From Mobula hypostoma (lineage: Eukaryota): DNA of 64,000 nt. The stretch lies in assembly GCF_963921235.1 (NCBI RefSeq), contig NC_086097.1:84880001-84944000 (forward strand), read 5' to 3'. Made by a program: the position numbers and the translations under genes. The notes beneath the pieces are model-generated. The model was not told the origin of the DNA, did no database searches, and saw nothing but the letters and a program-made list of their open reading frames with translations. The number at the start of each line of letters is the position of its first letter. The first letter of the stretch is position 1. Below, in pieces: positions 40,930 through 54,082 of this stretch.

Positions 40930-41986
40930 TTGGAGTAATTTATTTTCTCCTCACATTATAAACATGAAGTCTTAAATGCAGATATATCTTTCTTCTATCC
41001 ACATCTGTTAATCTTCTACTCAGCTTTAAGAAGTACTGTCATCCTAATGAATGGGAGTGAGTTCTTCCTTGTAAAGAGGGGGACAGTTTGTTACACCCTC
41101 ACTTGCTCTTCTGCTCAGACAGTGTGGCCCACCTGCCTAATACAACCTGTGCCACATTGTGTCTGTGCTATATACCTACACCGTTCTTCCAACACTGGCA
41201 TGCTTCTTTTCAGAAAATATCTTATCACTCCGAAAGCTCAGAGTTTGGACTCAAAGGCTGTGTTGCACACCTTTGGAGTAACATGAAAAGTAACATATTC
41301 CTTGGAAATGCAGGAGTGCTACCTTTTGAAGTTTTTGACAGCTTCTGGTTTTTTTTGGGAAAGATAGTCATTTTCTTTAGATGAATAAAAATCTTGTTCC
41401 ATTGAAAAGGAGTGCTGTCTCTGATAAAACCACAATCAGCCACTCTGAAGTATAACTGATTACAGCAGACTAGAAGAGACTGGGTTGATCTTCAGTAGGA
41501 AGAAAACAGTTCGAAATGTAAATGCGTCCAAATGTAAAGCAGATGAAAATACAAATACATTTGAGATGTAAAACTGGAAAAACCCAATGATTAAGAGCAG
41601 AATGAAAAATAAGAAAACAAACCATGACCTCATCTCACTGAGCTGTCAATGTGTCCAACTTAATATTCAATGATATTTCAACTCACCTGCCCGGCATTCA
41701 TGGAGTATACCAGATTTCTCTCACTTTGTTGTTTCAGTTGGATTATATCTAGGTATTTCTGGACATCTTAGTAAAGATTTTTGTTTTCAAGGATCTGTCT
41801 CATCTGTTGATTTTTTTTTCTGATTTATGGCAGTGATATTCTGAGTTTGCCTTATCAATATCCCTTATAATGCTGTCCACCTGAGAAGGGTGATCTTTAA
41901 TTACCTCTTGTCAAGTCTTCACTTATCCCCGTCATACTTGGGCTATTACTGTCTGTATGCAGGTGGCTCAAAATTACTTATTTATA

Positions 41987-42569
41987 CGAGGGGTGATTGA
42001 TAAGTTCGTGGCCTAAGGTAGTAGAAAACCCAGCACATTTATTTTTCAACATAGTCCCCTCTTACACTTACACACTTAGTCCAGCGGTCATGGAGCACAC
42101 GGATCTTGGACCTCCAGAACTGGTCCACAGCGGGGGTGATTGATAAGTTCGTGGCCTAAGGTAGTAGGAGATGAGTTATACAGCTCTCATTACATGCACA
42201 TGAAGGTCAACTCTTTGAGTGATTATGCGGAAAGTTTGAAGTTAATAACTCATCAGGGGGTGATTGATAAGTTTGTGGTCTTAGGTAGCAGGAGCTGAGT
42301 TATTAACTCCAAACTTTCTGCATAATCACTCAAAGGGTTAACCTGCATGTACATGTAACAAGAGCTGTATAACTCATATCCTACCTTAGGCCACAAACTT
42401 ATCAATCACCCCTGCTGTGGACACTTTCCGGAGGTCCAAGATCCGTACGCTCCACGACTGCCGGACTGTGTGTAAATATAGGATGGGACTATGTTGAAAA
42501 ATAAATGTGCTAGGTTTTCTAAAATTGACTCCTTCTACCTTAGACCACGAACTTATCAATCACCCCTCA
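41987..42569. mobile_element. Palindromic mariner-type MITE with five TIR copies
   Basis: TA|CGAGGGGTGATTGATAAGTTCGTGGCCTAAGGTAG ... CTACCTTAGACCACGAACTTATCAATCACCCCTCA|TA. Confidence 0.88.
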
Positions 42570-43014
42570 TAATGTGATCTTGAGCACTGCATACAGAGTT
42601 CAAAGCAAGGTCTGGCAAATCCACTCTAAAGCCTTAGCTAAATACATTTGCATTGAATGAAGATCCTATGGAGTCTGGACAAGGTGGATGTAAAAAAGAT
42701 TAAGCTTTTGTGGGAGGATCCAGGACCAAGGATTCCTATTTGAAAATAAGTCTTAGTTCATTTAAGTTCAAAATAAGGCAATTTTATTTCTCCCAAATGC
42801 TCTCAGAGGGTCGTGCAAGTTGATCCTCTGTATTTTCTTAATGCCGAGTTACTTATGTTTCTGATTATGCAAGGGGTGAAAGATTACAGGGCAACTAGGA
42901 TGATAAAATTAAACTTACCATCAATTTAGCCATGAATAGTCTTTTTCTGTACCTAAAGTGTGTGTTTACCTGTATCTTCATATTGCACCTCCCTATCATA
43001 TCTTTTTAATTGCC

Positions 43015-43187
43015 GCAACACACTTAAAAGTTGCTGGTGAATGCAGCAGGCCAGGCAGCATATCTAGGAAGAGGTACAGTCGACGTTTTGGGCCAAGACC
43101 CTTTCAGGCCTGGCCTGCTGCGTTCACCAGCAACTTTTAAGTGTGTTGCTTGAAATTCTAGCAACTGCAGATTTCCTCGTGTTTGCG
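43015..43187. mobile_element. Fold-back Penelope mini-element with 12-bp TSD
   Basis: ~42-bp inverted arms (43015-43056 / ~43108-43149). TTTTTAATTGCC at 43003-43014 and 43188-43199. Confidence 0.88.
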
Positions 43188-43227
43188 TTTTTAATTGCCC
43201 ACTCAATTTGAAAATGATGACTCATAA

Positions 43228-44029
43228 CACCGGACAAGAAAGTTTTCGAAAATTTTGCTTCCTCAGAAATTTTTTGTTTATGATAAATGGCTTGAAGCTG
43301 AACACAAGTATAATTTCAGACCACTTGTATCATGTAGGAATTTGGAGAAACAAGAAACTAACTTTTATTGAATATAATGTGTTAATTGCATAGCAGTGCT
43401 GACACCTTGCAATAATTCAACTAAGCTAAAAAATGTTTTGTTGATGATTTTCATTTGTACTCAGTGTCTGTGGCTTCCCGCTTAAGTGTCCAACAATAAT
43501 CAGCCAGCACTGATGAATTCCAGTTACCCTGATACAGTTTCTCCATGATCACAATGTCCTGGTGAAACCTTTCACCATGCTCGTCACTGACAGTGCCAAG
43601 ATTTGCAGGGAAGAAGTCTAAATGGGAATGCAGAAAATGAGTCTTTGATGACATGTTGCATTTCATGGTTTTGTATGCTATAAGCATGCTGTTAACCAGC
43701 CGCACGTAATTTGGTGCTCTGTAGCTGCCAAGAAAATTTTCAACAACATCCTTGAATGCCTTCCATGAGATTTTCTCCAGTTCCACTAGAAGTTCTTTGA
43801 ATTGCCTGTCATTGATGACCTGTTTGATTTGTGGACAAACAAAAATGCCTTCCTTAATCTTGGCATCAGTTATTTTGACTTGAATTATGAATTGAAATAA
43901 CAAATATAGGCGATTTTTAAAAAATGGGTCAAGTTAGGAAAATTTCACAGTGGTTTTCATGGTCTGTGGCCGAAAATCTATAAGATACACCTAACAGTAT
44001 TCAGGAAGCAAAATCTTTGATGTGCTATG
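43228..44029 (-). mobile_element. Chapaev3-type (CMC superfamily) DNA transposon deletion derivative
   Basis: TAA on both sides, CAC start, imperfect 15-bp TIR, and a perfect inner pair ATTTTGCTTCCT (43252-43263) / AGGAAGCAAAAT (44003-44014). Confidence 0.75.
43451..43903 (-). pseudogene. Transposase C-terminal catalytic fragment (Chapaev3-like)
   Basis: KIKEGIFVCPQI...KTHFLHSHLDFFPANLGTVSDEHGERFHQDI...QGNWNSSVLADYCW, 150 open codons. Confidence 0.8.
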
Positions 44030-45981
44030 TAATCGATGTCATAAGCACGGGGAGCTTCCCTTCATAACACTGCAGAACAATAAGGATAATTATTGAACTA
44101 ATTTGATTAGCTGTCCGTGGTGAAGGGGTGGATGGGGGTTGCGCTGGGTCACTGATCCCTTAATTCATTACAAAGTAACAAATGAAACATGAACTGAGCC
44201 TATTTTTTAAATCATAATATTTAGAACGTTTAAAGCTAATGAAAAAAAATTAAGTGGAAAGCAGTGAGCATTTAATAGCATTTAGCTTTTTGCAAAATTC
44301 CCACTTTGAAAATCTCATTTTATTCCTGAAACACATTTGAGTCATCAGTGTGTTGACTGGTGCAATGCTGGTACTGTCTGGGTTCCTCTTAATGGATATT
44401 ATGTATTAAAAGCATGAAGCATAGGTCCTGTTGTCTTGCAGTATGCTGATTAAGAGCAACTGCTGCTTTTTACAATAGGCCTTTTCCTCTGCTTTCCCTT
44501 CCTTCTATTGACTGCTTTCTCCCATCCATCCAGCTACCTGCCTCCCCTTTCTCCTTTCTTTATTTCTTTCTTCCTTACAATTTTACGTTCCTCATGAAGA
44601 CATACTGTACATTCACCTTGAAATACATTTCAATGGAACAACTTAAGCCTTTCCATGCATATAATGTGTATAAGTTAACATATATTCTAAGATGGGCAAC
44701 AGACTGGACAGACCTTTTTTGTATCTAAATACAAAATTATTAAAAGAAATGTGCAGTCAAATATTTTTGGTGTCTGGCTTTTGATCTAAGAAAAAATACA
44801 TGGAGTACCAGAGTACCTCAATACTGATTCCTAAGCACCTCTAATTACGCAACTCCAACCCAAAAATGGCTGATTTGTTCCTGATCCCTTTTCTCTCCAA
44901 TAACTAATCCTCAATCCATGCCAGTATGTTACTAACAGTCCTATGTGGTCTACGTTTGTCTAATTATTTCTTAAGTGCTTCTCAGAGTCTAAATACACCA
45001 TCCACTGGTTTCTCCTCAGCTTTTATCAACTGATAACCTCAGAAAAATCCTAATCAATTTTGCAAATATAATTTCTGTTCCATAAATTCATGTTGCCTCT
45101 GCTTAGTTCTACCACTTGCAGAGTGCCCTGCCTCTATTTCTCTATTTTTATTATCATGAGTTCTTACGATATCTTATTCGTAGGTCCCCGTTTTCCCTGT
45201 TCCTTTTCCTTGTAAATAGATTGTTACATTGACTATATTACAACCTGTGAGAACTGTTCTAGATTCTGTGTAATTTTGGAAGATGACAAGTAGTGTAGCT
45301 ACAGCCTCCATTACTACCTCTTTCAAGACCTTGGTATTCAGGTCATTAAATCCATGGGATTTATTGATGTTCAATCCCATGAATACTCTAGCAGCACACA
45401 AGATACTGGAGGAACTCAGCAGGTCAGGCAGCATCTGTGGAGGGGAATAATTAGTTGACGTTTTGGGCTGAGACATTTCATCAGTACTCTTATTTATTTC
45501 TCTATTACCTTTTTTTACACCCATCTTATCTTCTTTCAACTCTGCATTCACTGTAGGTCCTCTTTCTGCTATTTTCAGTAGGGTTTCAAAGTCGTCTGTG
45601 AATGCAGATAAAAAATGCCGGTTAAATTTCTCTGTCATTTCCATATTTCCCAATACACAGTAATTTTTCCTGTAGAGGTAATCAAGGGAGTCCCATAAAC
45701 ATTTGCTAAACTTTTCCTTACATATTTATAAAAGCTTTTACAGGCTACTTTATGTTTCTTATTATAGTACAATTGCATTCCTTCTCTTTCTTCTTGAACT
45801 TCTCTGTGCTCAATTGCCCAATTCTAATGTCTTTCTCTTTCTTTTTGAACTATTGGTGCTCTATTGCAAAATTCTAATATATTCCTGATCCTTAGGCTTG
45901 CTATTCTTTCTGGCAACAATATGCTGTAAACCCCTTTCCCCTGATCTTAAACTTCTCTTGTAAGGCACGTCTGGAATTTGG

Positions 45982-46155
45982 TGTGTCAGTACAACTACAT
46001 ATCAAATAAATAAAGGCACACACTCAGAGGTGAAGTTAACTTTTATATTCACTTTGCAGAGAGAGCAGCAAATCAACGCATAAGGGTAAATTATCAGTCA
46101 ATGATCAGTGCTAAGGGGAGTCATTGTGCTGAAAGAAATAGATCCATACAGTACA
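45982..46155 (-). repeat. 3' LTR of Gypsy element
   Basis: TG...CA termini, adjacent to the PPT, ~23 mismatches vs 50707-50880 by hand count. Confidence 0.9.
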
Positions 46156-46281
46156 CTTCCTCCCCCTTTAGATTAATGTAACATAAAACTGTATATCTAC
46201 AAAACATTCAATTTCCCTTTAACAGACCATGTTCAAATAAACATGCATTCACAATAACAGTCCATAACTAACTTCACTATA

Positions 46282-49200
46282 CTAAAGGTTCAGTCTTTTA
46301 GATGGTGCTCTGTTTCTTTCAGGATAGCACCTCTGGACCTGTGGAGTGGCATCAGGTTTGGCAGGTGTCTTGTCAAAGACAGTGCTTTCAGTTGCCGGTG
46401 TCATGTTGCTGTTAGTGACATGATCATCACTGAGAGGTAAGTGCAGTGTCTGTAATGTGTCCATCGTGTTGGATGCAGTTGACTCAGGTATGTTCTTCAG
46501 CTGAACATCCAGTTTCTGATCCACATGACGTCTCCGCGTCTGATCTCCAGCATCCACTGTATGCATCAGTGGCCCAGTTTTGTAGGCATCCTACATGATG
46601 TCCACATCTTGGCAATCACGCACTAGGACTTCCTGTCCAACCCGAAACTCCTTACTGATTTACTTGGCAACTGGTTGAACTGTTCATTCGCTACGGAGGT
46701 CTGGTTTCAGGAAATCCATGTGAGATCTTATGTTCCTGTTCATGACCAGCATTGCAGGTGCTTGATTTGTTGTTGCACAAACAGAGTTCCAATATACAAA
46801 AGAAAGTTATCCACCTTGTGCTGAAGAGAAATGCCCTCCTTGCCCATAGCTTTAATGGACTTCTTGAAGGTTTGGATAAACCTTTCCGCTAACTCATTCA
46901 TTGCTGGGTAGTGAAGAGCTGACTTGAAATAGACAATAGGTGCAAGAGAAGGCCATTCGGCCCTTTGAGCCAGCACCGCCATTCACTGTGATCATGGCTG
47001 ATTATCCAGAATCAGTACCCAGTTCCTCCCTTCTCCCCATATCTCTTGACTCCGCTATCTTTAAGAGCTCTATCTAACTCTTTCTTGAAAGCATCCAGAA
47101 AATTGGCCTCCACTGCCCTCTCAGGCAGAGCATTCCACAGATCCACAACCCTCTGTATGAAAAAGTTTTTCCACAACTCCGTTCTAAATGGCCTACCCCT
47201 TATTCTTAAACTGTGGCCTCTGGTTCTGGACTCCCCCAACATCGGGAACACGTTTCCTGCCTCTAGCGTGTCCAATACCTTAATAATCTTATCTGTTCTG
47301 ATCAGATCCTCTCTCATCCTTCTAAATTCCAGTGTATACAAGCCCAGTTTGATGCTATTTTTCTGCCTGAGCAGTCTGAAATCTTCCAACGTATATTGTG
47401 GTCCGTTGTTGCTCACAATTTGTTCATGTAAGCTATTTTTGCTGAAGGTAGTCCTCAGAGTGGAAACAGTCTTTTCTGAGGTGCTTGATTTCATTGGCAT
47501 AACCTCTGGCCACTTCAAATGAGCATCCACAGCAATCAGAAACATGGAGTCCATGAATGGCCCAACAAAGTACTCTTTGCTACAGTGATGATGGCCACTC
47601 CCATGGGTGTAAAGGTACCTATAGAGGTGCATTTTGAACTTTGTGGCATCCTGAACAGCTTTCGGTCGTCTTCAATCTGTCTATCTATTTTCGGCCACCA
47701 TACATAGCTCTAGGCGAGACTCTACATCTTGACTGACCTCAGGTGTCCTTCATACAGATCCGGTAACACTCTGGTGCGCAGTTTACAGGGAATCACAACA
47801 CAAGATCCACACGTCAGCATTCTTTGACATACAAACAGTTGGTCACTGAGAGCTCTGGAAACAGAGGATTATCATGAGCTGGCCGTCCTTGCATGGTGAT
47901 GTCATAGACCTGACAACGTTGGGTCATTCCTTGTTTCTCATTGTATTTCCGAATTTGTTACCAGCATCTGGTCCACCAGTGCTGTATGGAACGCCTCTGC
48001 TGGGTCACAGAATGAAGTCTTTTCTTCTTCATTTGCGAATAGTGGAAGATGTGACAAGCCATCAGCAATGCTGTGTTGTTTGATACCCTCGAATTCTATG
48101 TAATAAGAGTGGGCTCCTAGAAATAGTGGCCAACATTGCAACCAGGTAGCAGTCATTACTGGGATTCCCTTCCTGGAATTGAAAATGGACACAAGGGGCT
48201 GGTGGTCTATCACTAGGGTAAACATTTGTCTGTAGAGGTAATGGTGGAACTTCTTTACTCTCCATCCTAGACTAAGGGCCTCTTAGTTGATCTGTGCATA
48301 GTTGCATTCTGCGCTCGTCGGTGATCTTGAACCAAACATGATCGGACGTTCAGATCCATTTTTCATAGTCTATGGCAAAACAGCTCCAATGCCATAAGGG
48401 GACGTATCGCACACCAGTCTGATGGGCAGGGATGGGTCATAATGGGTGAGCAGTTCATAAGATGTTATTAGTCTCCTTGCTTCCTGGAATACTCTTTCAC
48501 ATCTCTCTGACCATTCCCACTTTGCTGCTGTTTGCAATAGTGCGTTCAGTAGGCGTAGCACTGTGATAATGTTTGGGAGAAACTGGTGGTTTAGTTTACA
48601 AGGTTTAGTTTGTAGTAGTTTACAAGGCCCAAGTATGACCTGAGTTGTGACACATTTTTTCGGTTTGGGTGCCTGTAGCACTGCTTCAGTCTTCCCTTGC
48701 GACTTATACAAGCCCTGCTTGTCAATGATATGTTCACTATATGAGATTTTGTTTTTGAAAAACTCACATTTCTCTCTTTTGTGCGCAGACCATACTCACT
48801 CAGTCTGGTAAGCACTTTGCCAAGTTTCTGCAGGTGCTCTTCATCATTCTTGCCAGTCACGATGATCTCATCAAGGTAACATTGTGTTCCTGGGATACCT
48901 TGGAGCACTTGATCCATTGCTCTTTGCCAAATAGCTGGAGCTGATGCGACGCCAAAGATGAGACGATTATACTGGAACAGTTCCTCTTGAGTGTTGATTG
49001 TCAGGAACTTCCCAACGGACTCCTCAATCTCCACTTGCAGATAGGCTTGTGACAAGTCAATCTTTGAAAACCTCTCCCTGCCTGCCAATGATACAATTCT
49101 TCTATTCATGGCAGGGGATACTGCACTGTATGATGCTTACTCTGCAGTCCCCACATTTACCAACAGCTCCGAGCCTTCCCGTTCTTGATCACTGGGAAAA

Positions 49201-50470
49201 TAGGCATGGCCCAGTTGCTCCACACAGCCTTGGAGAGAATGACACATTGAGAGCTTTGATTGTGTGCCAGTCTAGCTGGATTTTTCTCATGTCTGAAAAG
49301 TGCTGGCCCTCCACTTTTCAACACATAAGTTCTAACTTTTTTTCTCTACCTTTGTACGCCACATTCATTTTCGGTTTGTCTTTCGGAGACACTTTTTCAC
49401 CTGTATAGGTCTTTAGCATCACTGAGGTCCTTTCTAAAGTTATCTTAGAAAACAGTTAGCTTAGAAATTATAGACAAAGCTGACCCTGTATCCAGCTCCA
49501 TTTTCAGTTTTGCACCAGGCACATTACATTAGATTAGATTAGATTATGAGGACACTCAGTCCTCGTTTATTGTCATTTAGAAATGCATGCATTAAGAATA
49601 TATGTTGGTACATATGTTGTGATCCATGTGATTTTGCAATCTGCTTCAGTAATGCTAGACAGTTCTAGGCATGACAGCTCACCTTTGTCAGACTCTGTGT
49701 TATTTGATTCAGTTTCACATTCAGTCACTTTATGCATTTGTTTAGTTTTGTGTTTGCAACTTTTCACTCTGTGTGGTTTTTCTCTTTGGTTGTACTTTTT
49801 GTTTGACTTGCACACTCTCTCTGTGTTCTCTTCTGTGACTTTTTCTGCAAACTTTTTCTTTGAATCATCAGTCATTTGCATTATGGGTGAATTTGCCACA
49901 TCAATAACATTTTTGGCTTTTTGCATGATTCAGGGACATTTGCACATTCTGAACTATTTTTCTGTGGTTCTAATGCATCCTTTGCTGATGTCTCCAATGA
50001 TATTGCAATGGTCAATGCCTGTGCTAAAGCTAGCTCTCTTTCTGACGGTAGCCTCTTTTGAGTGCTTTGACTATGCATACCACATAGAAGCATGTCCCTT
50101 AATGCATCAGAAAGTCCATCTCTAAGGTTACAGTATGGGGAAAGTTTATGCAGTTTTAAAGTGTATTCAGAAATGCTTTCATCCTTTGGTTCCTTTTGTG
50201 AAATCTAAATCTCTCAGATTGTACTTACTAGCAGTTTTGGGCTAAAGTGATTTTGTAAAATTGCAACAATTTTGTCAAATGTCTTGTTTGCTGGCTTTTC
50301 AGGAGTTAGTAGGTTGTGTAAGAGACTGTATGTTCTAGCACCCATTAAGCTAAGAAGTGTGGAGACTTTCTTTACCTCATCCACATCATTAGCATTAGAA
50401 TGCAGTTCAACTCATATCCAATCCCGGGTCCTCATTAGCACTATAAAATTAATCAACTTTCCTGATTAAG
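46282..50470 (-). pseudogene. Gypsy gag-pol remnant (many frameshifts and stops)
   Basis: Protease MELDTGSA (~49490); RT FSKIDLSQAYLQ...FQYNRLIFGVASAPAIWQ...YLDEII; RNase H LVCDTSPYGIGAVL, FTLVIDHQPLVSIF; integrase GPFMDSMFLIAVDAHLKWPEV, NELAERFIQTFK. Confidence 0.9.
46929..47349 (-). mobile_element. CR1 3' fragment nested in the Gypsy integrase
   Basis: LGLYTLEFRRMREDLI...RTRGHSLRIRGRPFRTEL..NFFIQRVVDLWNALP. Confidence 0.9.
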
Positions 50471-50706
50471 GCCATTGTCACGTTTTTTTTTTCATTTTTG
50501 CTTAGCTAGTTGTGCATCTCTCACTGTGTACTGTGCACTGTCACTCACGCATCCCTGTGCTAGCACCTGTGACTTCCTTCTCGGTACTAGTTCACTCTTT
50601 CCTCTCACCGTCTCCCTCCTTTCCTACGAGTTCTGTCATTTTATAACTATCGGTGATATTTGGTGATATTCACTGACGTTCAGGTTCATACTCGTCACCA
50701 ATTTTT

Positions 50707-50880
50707 TGTGTCTGTACAACTACATACCAAATAAATAAAGGCACACACTTGGAGGTGAAGTTCACTTGTATGTTCACTTTGCAGAGAGAGCAGCAAATCA
50801 ATGCGCATAGGTAAGTTATCAGTCAATAATTAGTGCTGAGGGGAGTCATTGCTCTAAAAGAAATAGGTCCGTACTTTACA
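50707..50880 (-). repeat. 5' LTR of Gypsy element
   Basis: Direct repeat of 45982-46155, adjacent to the PBS-like motif. Confidence 0.9.
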
Positions 50881-52098
50881 TTTCACTCTTTTGTTTTATA
50901 TTTATTATAAACCATGTATTAATTATTTAAATGTTAATCTTTTTTCTTTTCCTTTTAATGCAGTACTCTGATCTACATTAGGCAATGTCTTCATAGTTTG
51001 CTCTGTTTTACTCAAATCTTAGATACTACTTTCAGATTGAACTAAGCTACGGTCAGTTTTTGAATCCTTCAGTTATGATCACCCTTCCCTAAAGGCCCAG
51101 GTTATTGATTAATCCATTCCCCTTGCACAATAACAGATGTCAAATAGTCTGTATTCCTACTTTTTCATTAACATGCAGCTCCAGAAATTATCTATTGTAC
51201 ACTTCGTAAATTCACCTTCCACACTATTATTCTAAGCTTGGTTGGCCTCCATGTTTCTAATGTAGGTGCCCAATTATTTAGCATTACTGACTGAGGGCCC
51301 ATAGCCATAATGGATTTGTGGTTATCCAAAATCACTATAAACCGTTAAACAAGAATGGTAGTACCATATACTCTCATTACTGGTTACCATCTTTACTGTA
51401 TCTCCACCCAAATTATTTCTGCTTAATTCTGGAAACATAGAGCTATGGATTCAAATAGCACAGAGCCAGGTCTTTTGTCTCAAAATGTCAATGCAGACCA
51501 ATCTGTATTATCCATCTGTATTATCTATTGCTGCACCTTCCTATCTGCACCCTTACACATACTTGATTCACCTTAATTTGCTACTTTTCTGTCCAGTTGT
51601 CTAGACCATCTATATCTTCCTCATTGTCTGAAAGCATTTCTCACTGTCAACCACAAGGCCGTTTTCTATTGTTTGAAAAAAACCTGACCTCTGCAATAGA
51701 TGGGGCATAATAGATTTACAGATTGTTTACAGTATTGTGCAGCATTGGTTTGTCAAATCTGCCTCAACCAGTCCCACTCCTGCAGTCTCTCTCCATAGCT
51801 TTGCAGATTCATTCCTTTCAGGAACTTATTCAACTTCCTTAAGAATGCAATTACTGAACTCGCCTCTACTACCAAATCAGACTCTATATTTCAGAGCAGT
51901 TGAGCACTATTTTTTCTCCTTCTGTTAGTTCTGGTTTTTAATAACTTTGTTGCCTCTTTTTGGCACTATGCTAATGGCTTATTCTGTCTATATCTCTCAT
52001 GATTTTATATATCGATCAGATCCCTTGTAACCTCTTCTGTTGGAAGGGGATCAACTCTAGCATTGCCACTCTACCTACATTAGTACAGTTCCTCATCT

Positions 52099-52367
52099 GG
52101 GCGGCACAGTAGGGTAGTGGTTTGCACAACACTTTACAGGACCAGTGACCCAGGTTTATTTCCCACCGTTGGCTGTACGTTCACCCGTTGACCACATGGG
52201 AATCCTCCGGGTGCTCCGGTTTCCTCCCACAGTCCAAAGACATACCAGATGGTAAGTTAATTGGTCATTATAAATTGTCCTGTGATTAGACTATGGGGTT
52301 GCTGGGCAGTGTGACTCAAAGGTCCAGAAGAGCCAATTTTGCACAGGATCTCAATAAATAAATAAAT
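52099..52367 (+). mobile_element. V-SINE (HE1-like), near full length
   Basis: tRNA head, V-domain tcctccgggtgctccggtttcctcccacagtccaaagac, (TAAA)n tail. Confidence 0.85.
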
Positions 52368-52673
52368 CCATGGAATTTGTTCAGTAAACCTCTTCCACAT
52401 AAGACATGTCACTTAAAATTGTACATAATACTCTAGTGGTGGCTGAACAAGTCATTTACAAAGGTTCTTTATGATTTCGTTGCTTTTGTATTCTAGTTAT
52501 CCCATAAATCCCTTGACTAAAAATGCTTTTTGAAGCTTTCACTCATCGTGTCCTGCTACTTCCTATTAATATCGTACACCTGGCTCCAGGTTTCTGTTTT
52601 AGTGTGATCTCTCAGTTATACATTCCTTGTTCTTCCTACCAAAATATAACACGTCACACTTCTTTGGATTAAA

Positions 52674-52804
52674 TGATGAAGGGTCTTGGCCCAAAGTGTA
52701 GACTGTTCAGTCAGTCCCCTCCATAGATGCCGCCTGACCTGCTGAGTTCTTCCAGTATTTTGTGTGTTGCTCAAGATTTTCAGTATCTGCAGAATCGCTT
52801 GTGA
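52674..52804 (+). mobile_element. Short Penelope terminus
   Basis: tgatgaagggtcttggccc... followed by the family tail. Confidence 0.75.
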
Positions 52805-54082
52805 TTCTGCATTAAATGTTATCTAATTCATCCCTCTGACTTCTCTTTCTCTTAATGACATCTATTGGTATCCTGCTCACAATTCAGCTGCAGTTTTTGC
52901 AAATTGTATTCCGTAAACGCAAGTTCATTGAGGAAAACCTTTAGCTCAGTATCATCTCCGGGGGATCTCTATTAAACAATTACGTCTAGACAGCGAAGAC
53001 TTTCACTACAGCTCTCTGCTTCTTATAACACCCAATTTTCTATACTGTTAGTCATACCTACTTTCATTCCATGAAAATTTGTAAGTCCATTTATACTATA
53101 TCAACCATGTCGCTTTGTTTCATGAGGCAGAGGTCACGCAAGGAATGAAAAATTGGAGCACTACTGTTTACATGAGGTTTGTGTATGCTGATCTCAGTAA
53201 ACTAGCATAAGAGGATTCCATCACACTTAAAATTTGTGTCTTACATTGGAAGAATAGACTTCAATGAGTTAAGAGCTAACTTATTCACTCTAGAACTGAC
53301 ATTCTTCAGCTCTTGCAGAGCATTTGTACGGAGTTTATAAGGTTAATTTAAATGGAAAACAGGGCATTATCAATGAAGGTTGCTCCAAGGGATAAAGGTA
53401 AAAGGATTATTTGGATTCACCATGCATCTATAACAATACAAATTACTAGCATATGTTGAGATAAATGGGTGTCACCTTGGAGCCATTGATAGTTCGAAGA
53501 TGTGGCATATACAAGTTGGGCACAAAGAATTCTTAGTATTCGACCTCTAGAAAAGATTGAGAGTGGAAAAGGAGATAGTGTAGTGTTGACAATGAAGGGG
53601 AGGCCTTCTTAGCTCAAAGACAGGATATCAAATTAATATGAAGTTTTGAATTAGTGGGATGCAGAATACAGTGATGGGAGTGAATTAATCCAATGAAAAT
53701 GCATATCAGGTACAGAGCACAACCAGCAGCCAATTCTGCATTGTGTGTTCAGGGCAGACACTGAAGGTGAATTTCTATTCTGACAGAGGTGTGTATGACA
53801 AACTGTTTGAGGTGATCTTGAGAAAGAAGCTTGAAGGATGTGGTCAGCCTAAGTTATGGGGGAAAAACATAAAGAAAAGGATGACTTTCTTTCGTGAATA
53901 TGGATTCTTCAGAGTAGCTTCGCTTTATGTCCCCATCTAACCAAAGAAACTAAAATGTTATTAGATTAAAAGAGACTTAAGGTATTGCAAAGAAAGGGAT
54001 GAAATAAACACTCAACAAAGGATAACCAAGGAATTGACAGGAAAAGAGAAAATAAATGATAATGGATTAATAAGAAATCGAA

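Larger units (their letters stand above)
45982..50880 (-). mobile_element. Full-length decayed Ty3/Gypsy LTR retrotransposon
   Basis: Two 174-bp LTRs, PBS-like TGGTGACGAG (50691-50700), polypurine tract (46156-46171), and gag-PR-RT-RH-IN order. Confidence 0.93.
44840..51400 (-). mobile_element. Old CR1 LINE split by the Gypsy element and a Penelope terminus (~45390-45487)
   Basis: ORF 45174..45653 LNINKSHGFNDLNTKVLKEV..LLVIFQ is CR1 pre-RT. Decayed endonuclease-region sequence appears to resume after 50880. Confidence 0.55.

Noticed and set aside
47012..47632. 206-aa ORF fusing a Gypsy integrase core to a CR1 ORF2 C-terminus
   Set aside because: Chance in-frame junction from a nested insertion. 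The integrase catalytic region is degenerate and split.
49583..50125. 180-aa plus-strand ORF
   Set aside because: Antisense shadow of the A-rich Gypsy gag region.
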